Assembly (NCBI GenBank): GCA_034780895.1
Contig: JAUZTB010000068.1
Location: 24,867,143-24,931,142 of the forward strand
DNA: 64,000 nt
Direction: 5' to 3'
Origin: Rhynchobatus australiae
Taxonomy: Eukaryota
Positions within the stretch are counted from its first letter, which is position 1. Every line of letters begins with the position of its first letter. Position numbers and translations under genes: made by a program. A model generated the notes under the pieces. It made no database searches, was not told the DNA's origin, and saw only the letters and a program-made list of their open reading frames with translations. Shown piece by piece: positions 41,201 through 55,850 of the stretch.

Positions 41201-42509
41201 CAGAGCTTTTATTTTGGGCCTGATCTTCCTAAGCCCTGCCATAACTGCTGGCACTTGTGAGCTTTACTTTTGGAAAGCTCAGTGCACCACCTGCAATGTG
41301 CTCCTAAGCTCATTTGTCCATCTTCCTACCTGCCTCTGGTTGACCTAGTGCAGCAAAGCTGTGGCACTGAGCTTCTCACAGAGCACTGCAACTCTGTGGA
41401 GCCTTCTCCCTTTTCTTGCGTCAGATGGCCCCCACTGATGTCAGCGCGGGCAGTGTCAACCTGAATTGGCACACGTGGTGTGCAGGAACCACCAGGGCCA
41501 AATCCATACCCGATAATNNNNNNNNNNNNNNNNNNNNNNNNNNNNNNNNNNNNNNNNNNNNNNNNNNNNNNNNNNNNNNNNNNNNNNNNNNNNNNNNNNN
41601 NNNNNNNNNNNNNNNNNNNNNNNNNNNNNNNNNNNNNNNNNNNNNNNNNNNNNNNNNNNNNNNNNNNNNNNNNNNNNNNNNNNNNNNNNNNNNNNNNNNN
41701 NNNNNNNNNNNNNNNNNNNNNNNNNNNNNNNNNNNNNNNNNNNNNNNNNNNNNNNNNNNNNNNNNNNNNNNNNNNNNNNNNNNNNNNNNNNNNNNNNNNN
41801 NNNNNNNNNNNNNNNNNNNNNNNNNNNNNNNNNNNNNNNNNNNNNNNNNNNNNNNNNNNNNNNNNNNNNNNNNNNNNNNNNNNNNNNNNNNNNNNNNNNN
41901 NNNNNNNNNNNNNNNNNNNNNNNNNNNNNNNNNNNNNNNNNNNNNNNNNNNNNNNNNNNNNNNNNNNNNNNNNNNNNNNNNNNNNNNNNNNNNNNNNNNN
42001 NNNNNNNNNNNNNNNNNNNNNNNNNNNNNNNNNNNNNNNNNNNNNNNNNNNNNNNNNNNNNNNNNNNNNNNNNNNNNNNNNNNNNNNNNNNNNNNNNNNN
42101 NNNNNNNNNNNNNNNNNNNNNNNNNNNNNNNNNNNNNNNNNNNNNNNNNNNNNNNNNNNNNNNNNNNNNNNNNNNNNNNNNNNNNNNNNNNNNNNNNNNN
42201 NNNNNNNNNNNNNNNNNNNNNNNNNNNNNNNNNNNNNNNNNNNNNNNNNNNNNNNNNNNNNNNNNNTGGTTACATTCTCAGTTTTGCCCATTTCAAGGTT
42301 TCACATTATTTGATTAGCATACAAGTAATTTTTTGTTACAAGTAAATTAAGCAACTTTAAATCAAAGGATGGAATAAGAATATGAAAAGGGAAAATGCTT
42401 TTGCAATGTCTCAGGTATGAGATGTTAGTTTGCTCACCTGAGGCTACCTTTATGGATAACAAGAAAAACAATGGTTAAAAATTAAATACATAAACAAGCC
42501 GTCTGGCAT

Positions 42510-42790
42510 AAGGGTGGCACAGTTCAGCCTTGACCTCCAGTGCTTTCTGCAAGCAGTCTGCACATTCTCCCTGTAACAACGGGGAATCCTCCCGGTTGCT
42601 TTGGTTTCCTCCCACATCTCAGGGATGTGCTGGTAGGTTGATTACAAATTGCACCTGTATAGGTGGGCAGCAGAAGAATTGGGGGAGTTGTTGGACGTGT
42701 GAAAGGGAATAGGTTGTGGAATAGTTGGGAGTGCTCTGTGAGCTGACCAAGAGTTCAGGGGCCAAATGGCCTCCTTCTATGATATAAGAA
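42510..42790 (+). mobile_element. HE1-like V-SINE
   Basis: tgcacattctccctg...ggtttcctcccacatc...ggtaggttgatt V-domain; CR1-type tail gggccaaatggcctccttct. Confidence 0.75.
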
Positions 42791-42896
42791 AATATGAACC
42801 ATAAAAAAAAGACATCACTTCCACAGCCACATGGGAGGGAGAATTCAACCACACCTATAATTACCCACTGCTGTAGTGTTCATTGTCATTTTCTTA

Positions 42897-43163
<267 letters not shown>

Positions 43164-45150
43164 TCAGGTGACCTCTCCTCCCCTTTCTCCACTATCAGTC
43201 TAATGATTGCAGGGGTTATTGTATAACGTTTTTTTTACTGGAATGATAGGCCATGGGCCATTCCTCTCCTTTGGAGAGTACCAATTTCTCAGAGAGGGGT
43301 ACTCCTTTGAAATATGTGGTGGGAAGAGAGAGGCCAATGGACCAGGGAGGAGAGAATATGGTGGAGGCAGGGGGGCAGAGAGGGGACAGGAAAGGACGTG
43401 CAGCTAGATCTGGAGCATTTCCGATCAACACCTGAACTAAATCGTCAACTTATCCTTTGCTATAAACTGTGTTCCTTCCATGTCTGCACTACTGTACAGT
43501 GGAGAGAAATCAGAGGCAAAAAGCACATTTTAAATCTGTGTATAACAAATAGCTGTCGTCAATGTAACCACTTTAAAGCTGTAGGGACAGACTCAGGCTG
43601 GGAACGTTTTTGCTGGCACATTATATGAAACCTGGGCTGTCCACCAGATCTGTGCGCTGGTCAAAACTCAAGAAGATTTTACTGTACATTCATTGTTAGT
43701 TTTGGGGCAACTGATGAACGAAGTTGATGGCAGCACCGGTGTGAACCCCCAGTGTTTCTCATCAGGTTAGTTACCAGTTGTACTTGGATCTAAAGTGCAT
43801 GAATCCTAGAGACTCAGTTGTCAAGTAAGTAGTTAAATAAAGAGATATTGACAGAGAAATGTACACATTTTTTCCATTGGTCTGCATATGAAAATTGGTT
43901 ACTTCGGGCACAGAAAGAGATTTTGATGACTTCATGGTTGAATTGTAACACACTGAAAATGTGACTTGGCAGTGTGGGCCACAATGGTGCTTGTGTTGAT
44001 AATGTCATTTCTGTATCAACTGCATATGGAATGATGTACTTTCCCTTACAATGTCCCTGGGAAATTAAGTCACACAGTTCTGTTGCAGGCCACTCTCACA
44101 ACAACCACGTTAATTGCATTGCATCCAGTGCAGTCCCACCCCAAGGACTGGGAACACCAGTCGGACAGATTCCCCTGTTAACTTGCACAGTTTTCGGCAT
44201 CTTCCCCCAATGATATCCGATTCCACCCCCTCCTCCACCCACCTCAAATGATTTCAACCTTCCCCACTACCCAACAGTACCCTCTCAATTGTCCACTGAC
44301 TCCCTGATTGGCCCCAACTCTGGCACACCAACCCCTGCATCCCACCAGCAACTCCTGATAAACCCTTGCCTCTATGACCTGGATTCCCAGATCACACCTT
44401 CAACTCTGCTACCAGCTGACTTTCCAAACCTGATCCAAGAATGTTCCTATTAATCCCTCAATCACCCCAACTCCTTGATCATTCCCTACTCTGTCTCTCC
44501 AAGGTGCTGATGTGACCCTCAGTGCCTGACCAGACCCCAGAATCAACTCCTGACTGTCAGCACTCTCTTACCAAGCAAACCTGATACTCCCCCAGTCCCT
44601 CCTTGGCTGATACAATGGTACAGCATGCAAAAGACTCAATGTACCCACTGTTTTAGGCTTTGGAGGCAAATGATTTTTGCTGTGAAGCACCCACAACCAA
44701 AACAATCATCGATAGGCTCTGCAATGAATCCCCCACCCCTGACACACCTCCCTGGTGCCAATTAATTCCTTGGAGGTTAAGTCTTGGAAGTCCTAATTTG
44801 ATGGCTGGAAGCTTCCAGTTTAAAGCATTTTCACAACTCAGGGCACTGAAGTGCTGTTTAAGGTGTTGTCTTTATTTTGTGCAAAGAAAATATGAAAATA
44901 AGTTTTATGATTTGCTTTATGCGTGAAATTCATCTGCCAATTTATAACAACAATTTCACTATTAACAACAATATGATATTGTCTCGATACTCTGTGCCCG
45001 TGATACTAATTAAGGGATGAATGTTGGCTTGTAGATAATGAAGGGTAAGGCCGGAGACAAATCTTGTTATTGTTTTCCCTCTGACAGATGGAAATGATTA
45101 GTAACAGGACTCTTTTCAAAGTCGTGACAAGAACTCGTTAACACAGTTAC

Positions 45151-45231
45151 CGATCTCAAACTCTTCATCTTCAGAGAAAATCTCTGCATTTGCCACAGAG
45201 ACAGGAGGCCGGCACTTCCTCAGCTGATAGC
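45151..45231 (-). CDS. CSMD2: CSMD2-like exon, Sushi13 N-terminal part (GYQLRKCRPPVSVANAEIFSEDEEFEIG)
   Basis: 81 bp, absent from the ORF track; acceptor TTTTCAG, donor GTAACT; in frame with both neighbours. Confidence 0.88.
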
Positions 45232-45509
45232 CTGAAAAGCAATAAAAATTGACTGTATTTACCATTAGAGTTTTAATTACAGCATCACATCATCTACTAA
45301 ATCAAAATCTATTCCTAAGCCTTACGAGGTGCATCCTGAGGAAATGGGCATGTTTTTAGAGCATTTTGCAGTTACTAATCAAATACCATGAGAGCTTTAA
45401 AGAAGAGAATTTTGTGTACAAATCTACCATGCTGTGCAAAGTTTTCACTATGGGGCTTGAGAAAAATAATATGAAGTATTTCCATTCAGTATGGTTCTCA
45501 ATTTTCATT

Positions 45510-46555
45510 TCCATTGTTAACCATTGACTCTCACAGTTTTCAGAAAATACAAGTCCCATCATTTGTCACACCTCCTCTCACTCCAGTGCATGCAAGGACT
45601 CCATTCCTTTCTCCTAGCTTCTACATTTGCATTGCATCTGCTCTAATANNNNNNNNNNATTGTTCATTCTCAACCATGAGTCCTTTACTTCCAGCACTTC
45701 CTCTCTCAACCCATTTCCTCCTAGCCTGAATAAGGACATAGTTCCCCTTGTCTTCACCCTCCACATTCAACTGATCTTCTCTATAATCTCCACCACTTTC
45801 AATGGGATTCCTCCTCCTTACACATCTTGCCCTCCCTCCTCTTGCAGCATTCCAAAGGGACCATTCTCTCCTTGACTTGCTGCTCCACTTTTTCACCTCC
45901 GCCAACTACTCCCCTTCACGCACCATCCCAGGACCCAAAAAGTCCTTCTAAATGAAGCAGTGATTCACTTGCACTTCTTCCAATTTAGTTTGTTGAATTC
46001 TTTGCTCATGATGTGGTTTCCTCGACAGTGGAACAGCCAAAGGCAGATTGGCTGACTGAGTGCAGAACACTTCTGTTCGAACCACAAGTGTGACTGTGTG
46101 CTTCCAGTCTCCTGCCACTTCAATCTTCCATAACACTCCCACTCCGACTCCCTGTCTTCAGCCTCCTTCATGTTCCAACTATGCCCAATGTAAACTTGAA
46201 GAAAAGCAGCTCACCTGGCATCCAGACATGTTACACCTCTCGAGACTCAGTAATGAATTTAACAGTTTTGGGTAACTGCTCTTTTTTTTCTCTCTCTCCT
46301 CACATATGGCTGTACTTTTCTGTTTCAATGCATTTCTTTTCTTCCTTCTGTCCCTGACTAGCAATTTTAAAGTAATTGTTACCTTGACAACTTCACAGAC
46401 ATTCCCTCTTGTCTCTCCCTTTCTGCAACTATATGCACAATTTCTCACTTTTGTGTTCTGATGAAAGGTCCTTGACTTGAAACATCAGCTCTGTTTCGCT
46501 CTCTCACTGATGCTGCTGGCCTTTTGAGTGCTGCCAAGATTTCCTGTTTTGGCTT
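45510..46555 (+). mobile_element. Penelope-like element (RT C-terminus, GIY-YIG remnant, terminal repeat)
   Basis: ttcacttgcacttcttccaatttag...aaaggcagattgg...gccacttcaat GIY-YIG region; terminal repeat with hammerhead core. Confidence 0.75.
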
Positions 46556-46594
46556 CTCATTTCCTATCCCATGTAATCCTCTTGTCATAACAAT

Positions 46595-46870
46595 ATGAGA
46601 CACAGAAGCAGGAGGACCACATGACCATTCAAGACTTCAATAAGATCATGACTGAATCATCAGCTCAAGTCCTCTCACCCAGACCAGTCACCACAGACCT
46701 TGATGATCATCCAAAATCAATCAGTCTCAGCCTTGAATCTATTCAATGGCCGAGCATTCATGGCACTCTGACTGAGAGAACGCCAAAGGTTTACAACCTT
46801 CTGCAGGAAGGAATTTCTCTTCCTCCTCGTCCTCAATGGGAAGCCCCTTTTACTGAGCAGGGGTCTCGCA
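46595..46870 (-). mobile_element. CR1 LINE 3' end
   Basis: RRNSFLQKVVNLWRSL...FKAETD translation plus tail. Confidence 0.75.
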
Positions 46871-49589
46871 TAGCTGCAAGTGATCCTCTGTTTAAGCACT
46901 TTCAAAGACATATCAGGTGCGAGAGAGTCAAGGCAGAGCCAATTTTGGGAAAAGGACAGATAGGCAAGATTGGAGGAGTGGTACGAGTATCGAGGAATGC
47001 ATGGACGGCTATGATCTCTGCTAATATCTAAGCATTATGAGGGTATCATCAACCTCTTTAAATAGACCATCTCACCAACATGATAGAAGAGCAGTGTGGT
47101 CCACTTCATACACATTGTCTCACCAACAGGACCAATTTTATCTACTTGCAGTCATTGCTTTTGCTGAATAACAACAGTATAAGAATATTCAGCAAATCAT
47201 CCCGAGGGGCTTCCCAGGAACTTAAAGCAATAACAGACAATAGGACAGGGACTAATACCTACAGAAATGTTGGGCTCTAAGATGAAAGAGAGAGAGAGCT
47301 GAAGAGGCAGGGAGGACATAGTAAAACTGCGTTAAATCCCAGGTAAGATTCACTGTTGATTCACTATCACCCATTTTGAGCTACTGTTGGTCAAATTTAA
47401 CTGCTCGATGCTGAAAGCTGAATAAAAATCTCTATTGTCTTGCTCATCTTCTCCGAGATTCTGACCACTAAAGTCTTCTTGATTGTAGGACTTGAGGCAG
47501 GCAGTTCTCTGTCCAATCCAACATTGGAATGAAGCTTCCTGCCTGGTTCAAATTACTCCCTGGTAATTAGAACATTAAAGTAGATTCCTATATGGCTTCT
47601 CCATTCATGGGGATTCAAATGAGAGATGGTGAAATGGTTGCAGGTATCACCCAAGGGGCAAAAGNNNNNNNNNNNNNNNNNNNNNNNNNNNNNNNNNNGG
47701 GCAAGATCTATTAGGGAAGGGATGAAGAAACCTGGTCCCATAGGCATGACCTTTGGAAGAAGTTTGGCATGTCAGTCAGAGAAAGTCCTCGGGAAAGCCT
47801 GTTTCCTGTTTCCCCAATCTTTCTGTGAATGCAGCCAATTTCCCTTTCTTCCATCCCAATCCATGTGCCTATTAGAGAATAATCATTGGGAGAACATTAA
47901 AATTCAATCAAAATCATTTAGTTTTTTTGTGTTATAATCAAATTTAAGCTTCTATGTTTGGGGCACTGCAATATAATTTTTATGTCAGATTATATAATTA
48001 TGTTTAATAAATAATGTAGCTGATATTGAATGTGTTTCTATGTCTCACTTGATGCAGGTCAACAATTCTAACTGACAATGGACAATTTATTTCTAGAAAA
48101 ACTGGAAGGATTATAAGAGTAAAGGTATTGGAAGTTTGAAAAGCAGTATGATATCTTATTTAAATTATTTGGCATGAAAAAATTGTGTTTTCCTTTTGGG
48201 TTACAAAGTCACACATTTAGCTGTAATGCAATAAGAAATGGCAATGGAAATTCCAGTGGATTGTTACAAGAGTTTTCTATGAAGAGCCTAACAGTGTTGA
48301 ATTGTTCGATTTAAAACATTTATCTTGAAGTGCTTCCAAAGTAAAGGATGTGGATTGTGATTTGTTGATTTTTATTTTGTTGATTTGGGACCCAACATCA
48401 GCCTAAAGTGTCTTTTCATCAGGCTCAGAACAGGTTAAAAATGTTCATTATACCTTCTTTGACACCGTTCTTAAATATGCATCTGAAGCCAGCCTTGGAA
48501 AATACTGCTCCAATACCAGTGTGACATTTCCATTTTCCACTCAAGCCATCCTAATGACCTTTCTAAACAAGGGTGCCAATTTCTTGATGGCTACTGGCTA
48601 AATATCAGGAGCTTTGAGCTTATGCTTCATACCCATAAGGAGCTGAGTTGACATCATCTGAAATCATTTCATTCTGCAATGTTATACTCATCAGAGAAAG
48701 GAAGCTTTCATTTTGTCAGTCTGGCTTAATTCCAAATTCAATCCCAAAGATGAAAGAATAACGTTCAAACCCAATTACCTTCACTGTGTCATCCCAGCCT
48801 TCGCTAAGCAAAAAAAAACCAACCAAATTGAAGCATCCTTTTTTAGATATTCTTTTATAAATGAAGTATGATTTCAATTTTATATTCCAGTACTCCAAAT
48901 TATCATTGCAGATTGAGCAGAATTTACTTAGTATGGCAATTAAACTAACAGCAAGGAAAAGGAACACTGTCAGCATCGTATGATGTTTAGTCCTGAACAA
49001 CATAGTCGTGGGTGGGTGTCAAAAGATGAAGACGAACGAAGCTCATTACTGTGGGTGAGCTGTGGCTCTAGATCCGAGTTGGGAAAATAATAGCATCTTT
49101 CCTATCATAATTAAGTAACTGTCTACAACCTTTAATGAGTTGTATACTTATCACTAAATGGATAATTTCCATGTTGCACAGGTGAGCTTGAGAGATGGTA
49201 GAAAAAGTAAAAAGTGAATTTCTTATGAGAGCGTGGTGTGGAGTGTATTAGAGTTACATTATTGCTCAGTTTTCAAAGCAGCTTTCAAGGTTCTAGCATT
49301 TCTCCCAGTGGAAAAGCTGAAGTAAATTAACATTCATATTTCAAATGATATGCTGCTTAAGCAAAGCTACTCTTTTAATGTATTTGATACATCCAACACA
49401 ATTATATTTTAACAGAGCTCAGGAATATTGCACAACAGCTTCAGTAAGGAGTTGCTGAGGCTCAGCATTGCGACTGTCAGACCCAGGAATGAATGGTTTC
49501 AGCTGCAATGACTGTCCAACTTAAAACACTTATGGATGATATTGTAATTAGCAATTTAAATGTAGTTCAGAAAACATTAATGATAATCG

Positions 49590-49890
49590 TGTCATAGTCA
49601 TAGACATATATAGCACGGAAACAGGCCCTTTGTCTCAACTCATCCATGCCGACCAAGTTTTCTACTTAAGCCAGTACCATTTCCCAGTGCTTGGCCCATA
49701 TCCCTCGCAACGTTTCCTATCCACGTACCTGCTTAAATGCCTTTAAAACCTGGTAAATGTACCCAACTTTACACTTCCTCTGGCAGTTCGTTCCACATAA
49801 CCACCACGCTCTGTGAAACAGTTGCCCCCAGATCCCTCTTAAATCTTTCCCCTCTCATCTTGAACCTGTGCGATATAGTTTTAGAACTCC
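49590..49890 (-). mobile_element. CR1 LINE 3' end
   Basis: HRFKMRGERFKRDL...VVVMWNELPEEV; reverse-complement homologous to 38810-39090. Confidence 0.85.
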
Positions 49891-51309
49891 CTGTCAGATG
49901 AACCGGATTGAATATTAGGGATATTGAAATGGAGCATGTTGTGCAAACAAAAATGGGCATGTTGGCTAAATGATCACTTCATGTTCCAGAGATTATTTTC
50001 TTGTTCTGTGCTCTGGGTAATATCATGCACAAGTCTGCAAGAAGATGGGAGTGGGGCAGAAAATGGCTGTTTCTAGTAAGGCTCTCAAAATGTGTCCACA
50101 GCCACAGTCATCAAGATAGAACACTTCAGCTAAGAGGACAGCAATAAGTGATAGTACATGAGAAAATTTAACACTTAATGCCAGATTATCCCAATCTACC
50201 TGTACTGACAGATCAGAGTGTTCAGAAGTTTGGATTTATTCACTGTTGAGATAACTGTGTTAAAATCTCTTTGACTTCACTGAGGAAGTGGCAACCTTGA
50301 TCGGCTGAGAAGAAGGTTCAAACACATGTAATACCAAGAACTCAAGAAATGGATCTATTGCTCAAAATATGGGCTCACTGGACCGCAATATGTTGTGAAT
50401 ATTTTTGGGATGGAATTGTATATTTTGCTTCTTTAAAGTATTGCTGCTTTGCATTGATATGACACATTGCATCATTTTCCTTAGATTTTTGGGAGCTTTT
50501 GTTTTTATCTTCAGCTATTACAACACCATTGATGTAGTACATGTGTTGTCATATTTGTTCCTTGTTCACAAAACACTTGAATGTCAAGTTTCATCCCAAT
50601 GTTCTGCCCACTTACATATTTAATCCAATTCAATGCTCATTTAGGAGAGTACCTCTTCTGAATCCATGGCTTCTAGTTTTGTAGCATCAGTAAATTTGAA
50701 CAACTTATTCTGAGTTTTTGAGTCCAAGTAAATGACGTAAATTGGAAAAGAATTATGGCCCAGAATTTTTGAGTGGGAACTGCCCACCATCCAAGGGCAA
50801 GAGACAAATTTGAACTCTTGTTGCCAATTCTATCCTTAGACAAGAGGGAAGACATTCACCTTGCCCAATCTTTGTCCATCTTGCTCTTTGGCTCAGTGCT
50901 CACACAGGAATACAACTCAGACTTATGATGCAATCCAGATAAACAAGAGTATGAATTGCAGCTTACATAACAGCTGGAATGCTCCCTCAACACAGCCTTA
51001 CAATAACTGCTTTTCTCCTATCTATAACAGTAGAGTACTTACATCATTGGGATTTGACTGAACAACATATGGAACTGATACGTCTCTTTTACTCAAACAG
51101 ATGTTAAGGCTGAAACATCCAGCATGATGTTTAAAGGGAGTGCATTTTGAACAATGTTTTGTGACATAGTTCAACTTATTCACAGAAGAGTTAGAACTTG
51201 TATATTTTGGGTGCTGGGATTTCTTCATTTAGATAATAAATAGGGAATTTCATTGTTGCTCTTTGCACATATAATTCCATCACAACTCCAAGATGTATAA
51301 GGCAGAAAA

Positions 51310-51388
51310 CCAGAGAGTGAGAAAATGAAAGAGAGAGAGGCAGAGAGAATGAGCGAGAGAGAAAGTGTGAAGTAGGTATAGGCAGAGT

Positions 51389-51420
<32 letters not shown>
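51310..51420. repeat. GA-rich tract ending in a (GA)n microsatellite
   Basis: About 11 perfect GA units at 51396-51418. Confidence 0.9.
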
Positions 51421-51531
51421 ATGAAGGTAATTTTGGGGTAAGCAAAAGTCTCTCTCCAATCATTAATGCAAAAAATTGGTTGAATCTAAAATATTGAGAT
51501 GAAAAAGGAAAAAAAAGTTATACCCACTGAC

Positions 51532-51677
51532 CATAAAAATTTATAATAAATCGGCCTCCATTTGCCATATCACTGTGGAACTTGAAAAGAACCTGATTTG
51601 AAGTGCTGTATGTTGATTCTTTTATTGAACTTCCACTAAACACTCCGAGCTGGGGTGCACTCTGCTGAGCTCCATCC
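51532..51677 (-). CDS. CSMD2: CSMD2-like exon, CUB13 C-terminal half (DGAQQSAPQLGVFSGS...FHSDMANGGRFIINFY)
   Basis: 146 bp, absent from the ORF track; acceptor CTTCAG, donor GTCAGT; phase 2-1 complements the previous exon. Confidence 0.9.
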
Positions 51678-52484
51678 CTGAAGGAGAAGATCATTAAACA
51701 TCAAATTAGTTAACTGAGAAATGGAGCAGAAAAGGAGAACATGGATGGATGAATTTATATCAATAGGTGGCTTTTATAACATGAACGGTCTGTTAACAAA
51801 GTGATTTTTTCTGTTTTGGTTGAACAACCTTTTGAAGAGCGGTAATCTCACTCCCAAGATTTGGAAAATATGCCAAACAAGCACAGAACTCCATCACACC
51901 CATCTCTACTTGATAAACCAACTTCATCTTCTCACAAATCACTTAAACGTTTTGCTCCAAAACAGCATTTAATTTTTATGAGCTTTTCTATTCTGCATAC
52001 TTCATCACTTCATTGGACTCTCCTCTGATAAAAATATCCAAAGGCATTTTCCTCTGCATGCTCCTACAATTGTTTTATATCTTCACATGTATTTTTGAAA
52101 ACTAAACAAACAGCTTGCACATTGCAATAAGGTACTGTTTACCCACTATCCTAAAAAGGCTCAGGTGAGATGCCTCCTAGACCAAATTATGTGATCGCTC
52201 TCTTTAGTAGCAGTTCTACTTGTTTCCCTTCTCCTACCCCACCTATTTCTAATGGGAAACGTCCTTCTTCAGTCTCTAAGGTAGAAGTTGGCCCAGATCA
52301 TATGAAGTCCATGTGCCCAAGCTTCCAGTGTAATATGACAGGCACATTCCCAGTGGGCATGCTGGTGTAACTAGATTAAATGATCTGTGCACCATTTACA
52401 CTGACTTTCAATCTGCAGTTTAAACCCAATTGACATCATCTTTTTGGCTGATCACTTCAAAGCAAGTCCAGCGGAGGGAACTAA

Positions 52485-52995
52485 AAATGAAAAATGCTGA
52501 AAACATTCAGTGGCTCAAGCAGCATCCTTGAGAAGAAAAAGGAAGGGTTAATGTTCAATTCAATGACCTTTTGTTAGAAGCCAGGAGATGATGCAGGAAA
52601 TGAATGGAAGGGAAAATAATGGGGCACTGAGAAATAAAAAAATCTGTAATTCAAAGGCAGTCAGGATGTGATTAAATGAAGTGCGAACGGTACATCAATA
52701 AAAAGGTAAAAACAAGAGGCAAAGGCAAAATAATCAAAAGACAGGTGAAGCATGAAGGATTAAGAAAAGAGATAAATGAATTGACCTCATGGTGCTGCAA
52801 TGCCTCTAGGAAGGGGAAAGTTGTAGCCTGCTGCCCGAAATTGGTGCATTATCAACAAGTTGGTTTGAACTTCCGGTGTCACCTGCCCTATTCTTCCATC
52901 ACACTCCCAAGTTACTGGAGCCTTTCCCATTTCAACATAATATTTTGCTTTGCATTCTGCAGAGAAGGCCTGCACACAAATCTCAACATTCAGCT
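52485..52995 (-). mobile_element. Decayed Penelope-like 3' fragment
   Basis: Terminal motif aatgctgaaaacattcag...gcagcatc and layout as at 14720-15410. Confidence 0.5.
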
Positions 52996-52997
52996 CA

Positions 52998-53354
<357 letters not shown>

Positions 53355-54380
53355 CTAATTAGAAAAAAAACAACTGTTGAGTGCTTTCAGAGAAGAAACC
53401 ACACATGCTCATATGACATTTGAAGTAGCCGGCTAGAAAAGATTGATTACTAAATGTACCAACTACCACAAGCTTAACAATGTACAAAGAAGGCAAGACT
53501 AGATATAATTACTGAGTCACACACTTTGATTTTTAACCATCAGTAACTTAGGAGTAATATAGGATAAGTGTTAACATTTGACTATTTACAGACATCCTGA
53601 GTGAAAAATTGAATCTTTATAATTTTGGTTGCATTCAAAAAATCAAATAGGCAAAAATGTTAGAATCATTGAAATCTCTAAAAAAAAGGGAAGAGCATGA
53701 AAATGGGCAAGTGCTTCTTATAGATTAACAGGATTTATATATTTTTTCATTCCAATCATTCTCATATTTGATTTAACATACATATTGCAAACAGTATTAG
53801 TCTGATATAATCTTTAAGCTCAGTACATTTATTGATAATATTTTGCAGATGGATATGAATGAATTTATTACTTCAAAATATTTATTGAGCACTTAAAATA
53901 AAGCACATTACATGTATCTTGTGCAGCTCTTTAGCTAATTCAGATGAATTTATCATTCTGTGAAAGCTAAAGTAATTCATTGCCTAAACCTATTCGTATC
54001 AGTATTGTGCTTGATTCCATATACATTCACAACTAGCTTCATTATTGCCTCTTTCTGTTATAATATCTATTATAAGGATATAATTTAAATGCAAATATTT
54101 TATGAANNNNNNNNNNNNNNNNNNNNNNNNNNNNNNNNNNNNNNNNNNNNNNNNNNNNNNNNNNNNNNNNNNNNNNNNNNNNNNNNNNNNNNNNNNNNNN
54201 NNNNNNATGAAGCATGTCAAGAATGTCTGTCAATGAAATACTCTAACTCACAGCCAACCAACTTATATTAATTTGACGATATGATTCACCAAGGCAAATT
54301 TATTATTTTGGATATGCAAAGTGTCAATTACCATCTTTTTGCTGTCTTACCGCCAACCATTTGATGTATCACAAATCTTA

Positions 54381-54653
<273 letters not shown>

Positions 54654-55149
54654 TCAATATTTAGACTCTCATATTGTCTAATGGTTAAGTATAATGTAAA
54701 GTTACTAAAATCAATTAAGAAAAATGAGTTGGCTTCTAAGTTTTATTTTATAATACTATCTCTGAATGATAGAAATCAATCAAATGGTGACAGGGAACGG
54801 TGTTCAAATTGATTAAATACATGCTGCAACACTGAACATTTTAAACATCTGCTTCAGCCTGCATGTCTCAGGAAAATTGGTGCTGGTCACACAATCAAAT
54901 TTGCAATATGCATTGAAAAATCATGCATTAATTGATACTGTAATTTTTCTTCTCACAAAAAAAAAGTCACTTTTCAGTAAACTACTTAATGGGAAATCTC
55001 ATTAAGCTTCGTCAGAAAGCAGCTTCAGCTCTGTGGGCAAGTGATACAATGAGGCTGACCTTAATCCATTAGAGAAATGGGAAGATGATGTTTGTCTCAA
55101 AAGTTCTAATGATTTTGTTTTGGAGGAGAATCATGAATATTTATCCACA

Positions 55150-55850
55150 TCATTGGACTTCTTCCAGTATAGTATACTGAATTCAGTATTCACAATGTGA
55201 CTTCTTCTACATTGGAGAAACCAAAGGCAGATTGGGTAATCACTTTGTAGAGCTCCTGTGCTCGGTCTACAGGTGTAACCCTGAGCTCCCTGTTTCCTGC
55301 CACTTTAATTCACCATCCCACTCTCACTCTGACCTCTCTCTCTGTGGTCCCCTGTACTGTTACTATGAGGCTCAACACAATCTTGAGGAATGACATCTCA
55401 TCTTCAATCTGGGCACATTGCAGCCTGCAGCACTCGATATCGAATTGTCCAACTTTGAAATAACTTACTTTTTCTTTCTGTTTGTACGAGAACTGGCCAT
55501 TTTTTCCTGCTATCCTTTTTTTCTTTCCTTTTTTTTTGTACAGTCAAACGATACAACATTACACAGACTGTACAGCATTAGCAACACATTGCACAGGCGA
55601 AAAAGGTTAATCTTATCTTAATTGCAACATTATTTCACCCAAATTGAGAAATCACCTTTGTTCCACCCACCACCCTCCCCCACCTTCTCTTCTACTGAGA
55701 TGAACTTGTTTCTCTCTTTCTCAGTTCTAATGAAGAGTCCCAGATTGAAAACTTGAACTGTTTTTCTTTCCACAGATGGTGCTTGACTGGCTGAGTGTTT
55801 CCAGCATTTCCTACTTTTATTTCAGATTTCCAGCAACTGTTGTTTTTTGA
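55150..55850 (+). mobile_element. Penelope-like element, GIY-YIG endonuclease remnant and terminal repeat
   Basis: YIGETKGRLGNHFVELL...PVSCHFNSPSH...HLIFNLGTLQP translation. Confidence 0.8.

Noticed and set aside
51521-51531. Alternative donors GTGGGT (+4) and GTATAA (+8) next to the GTCAGT donor
   Set aside because: Both shift the frame, and the sequence alone gives no evidence that they are used.
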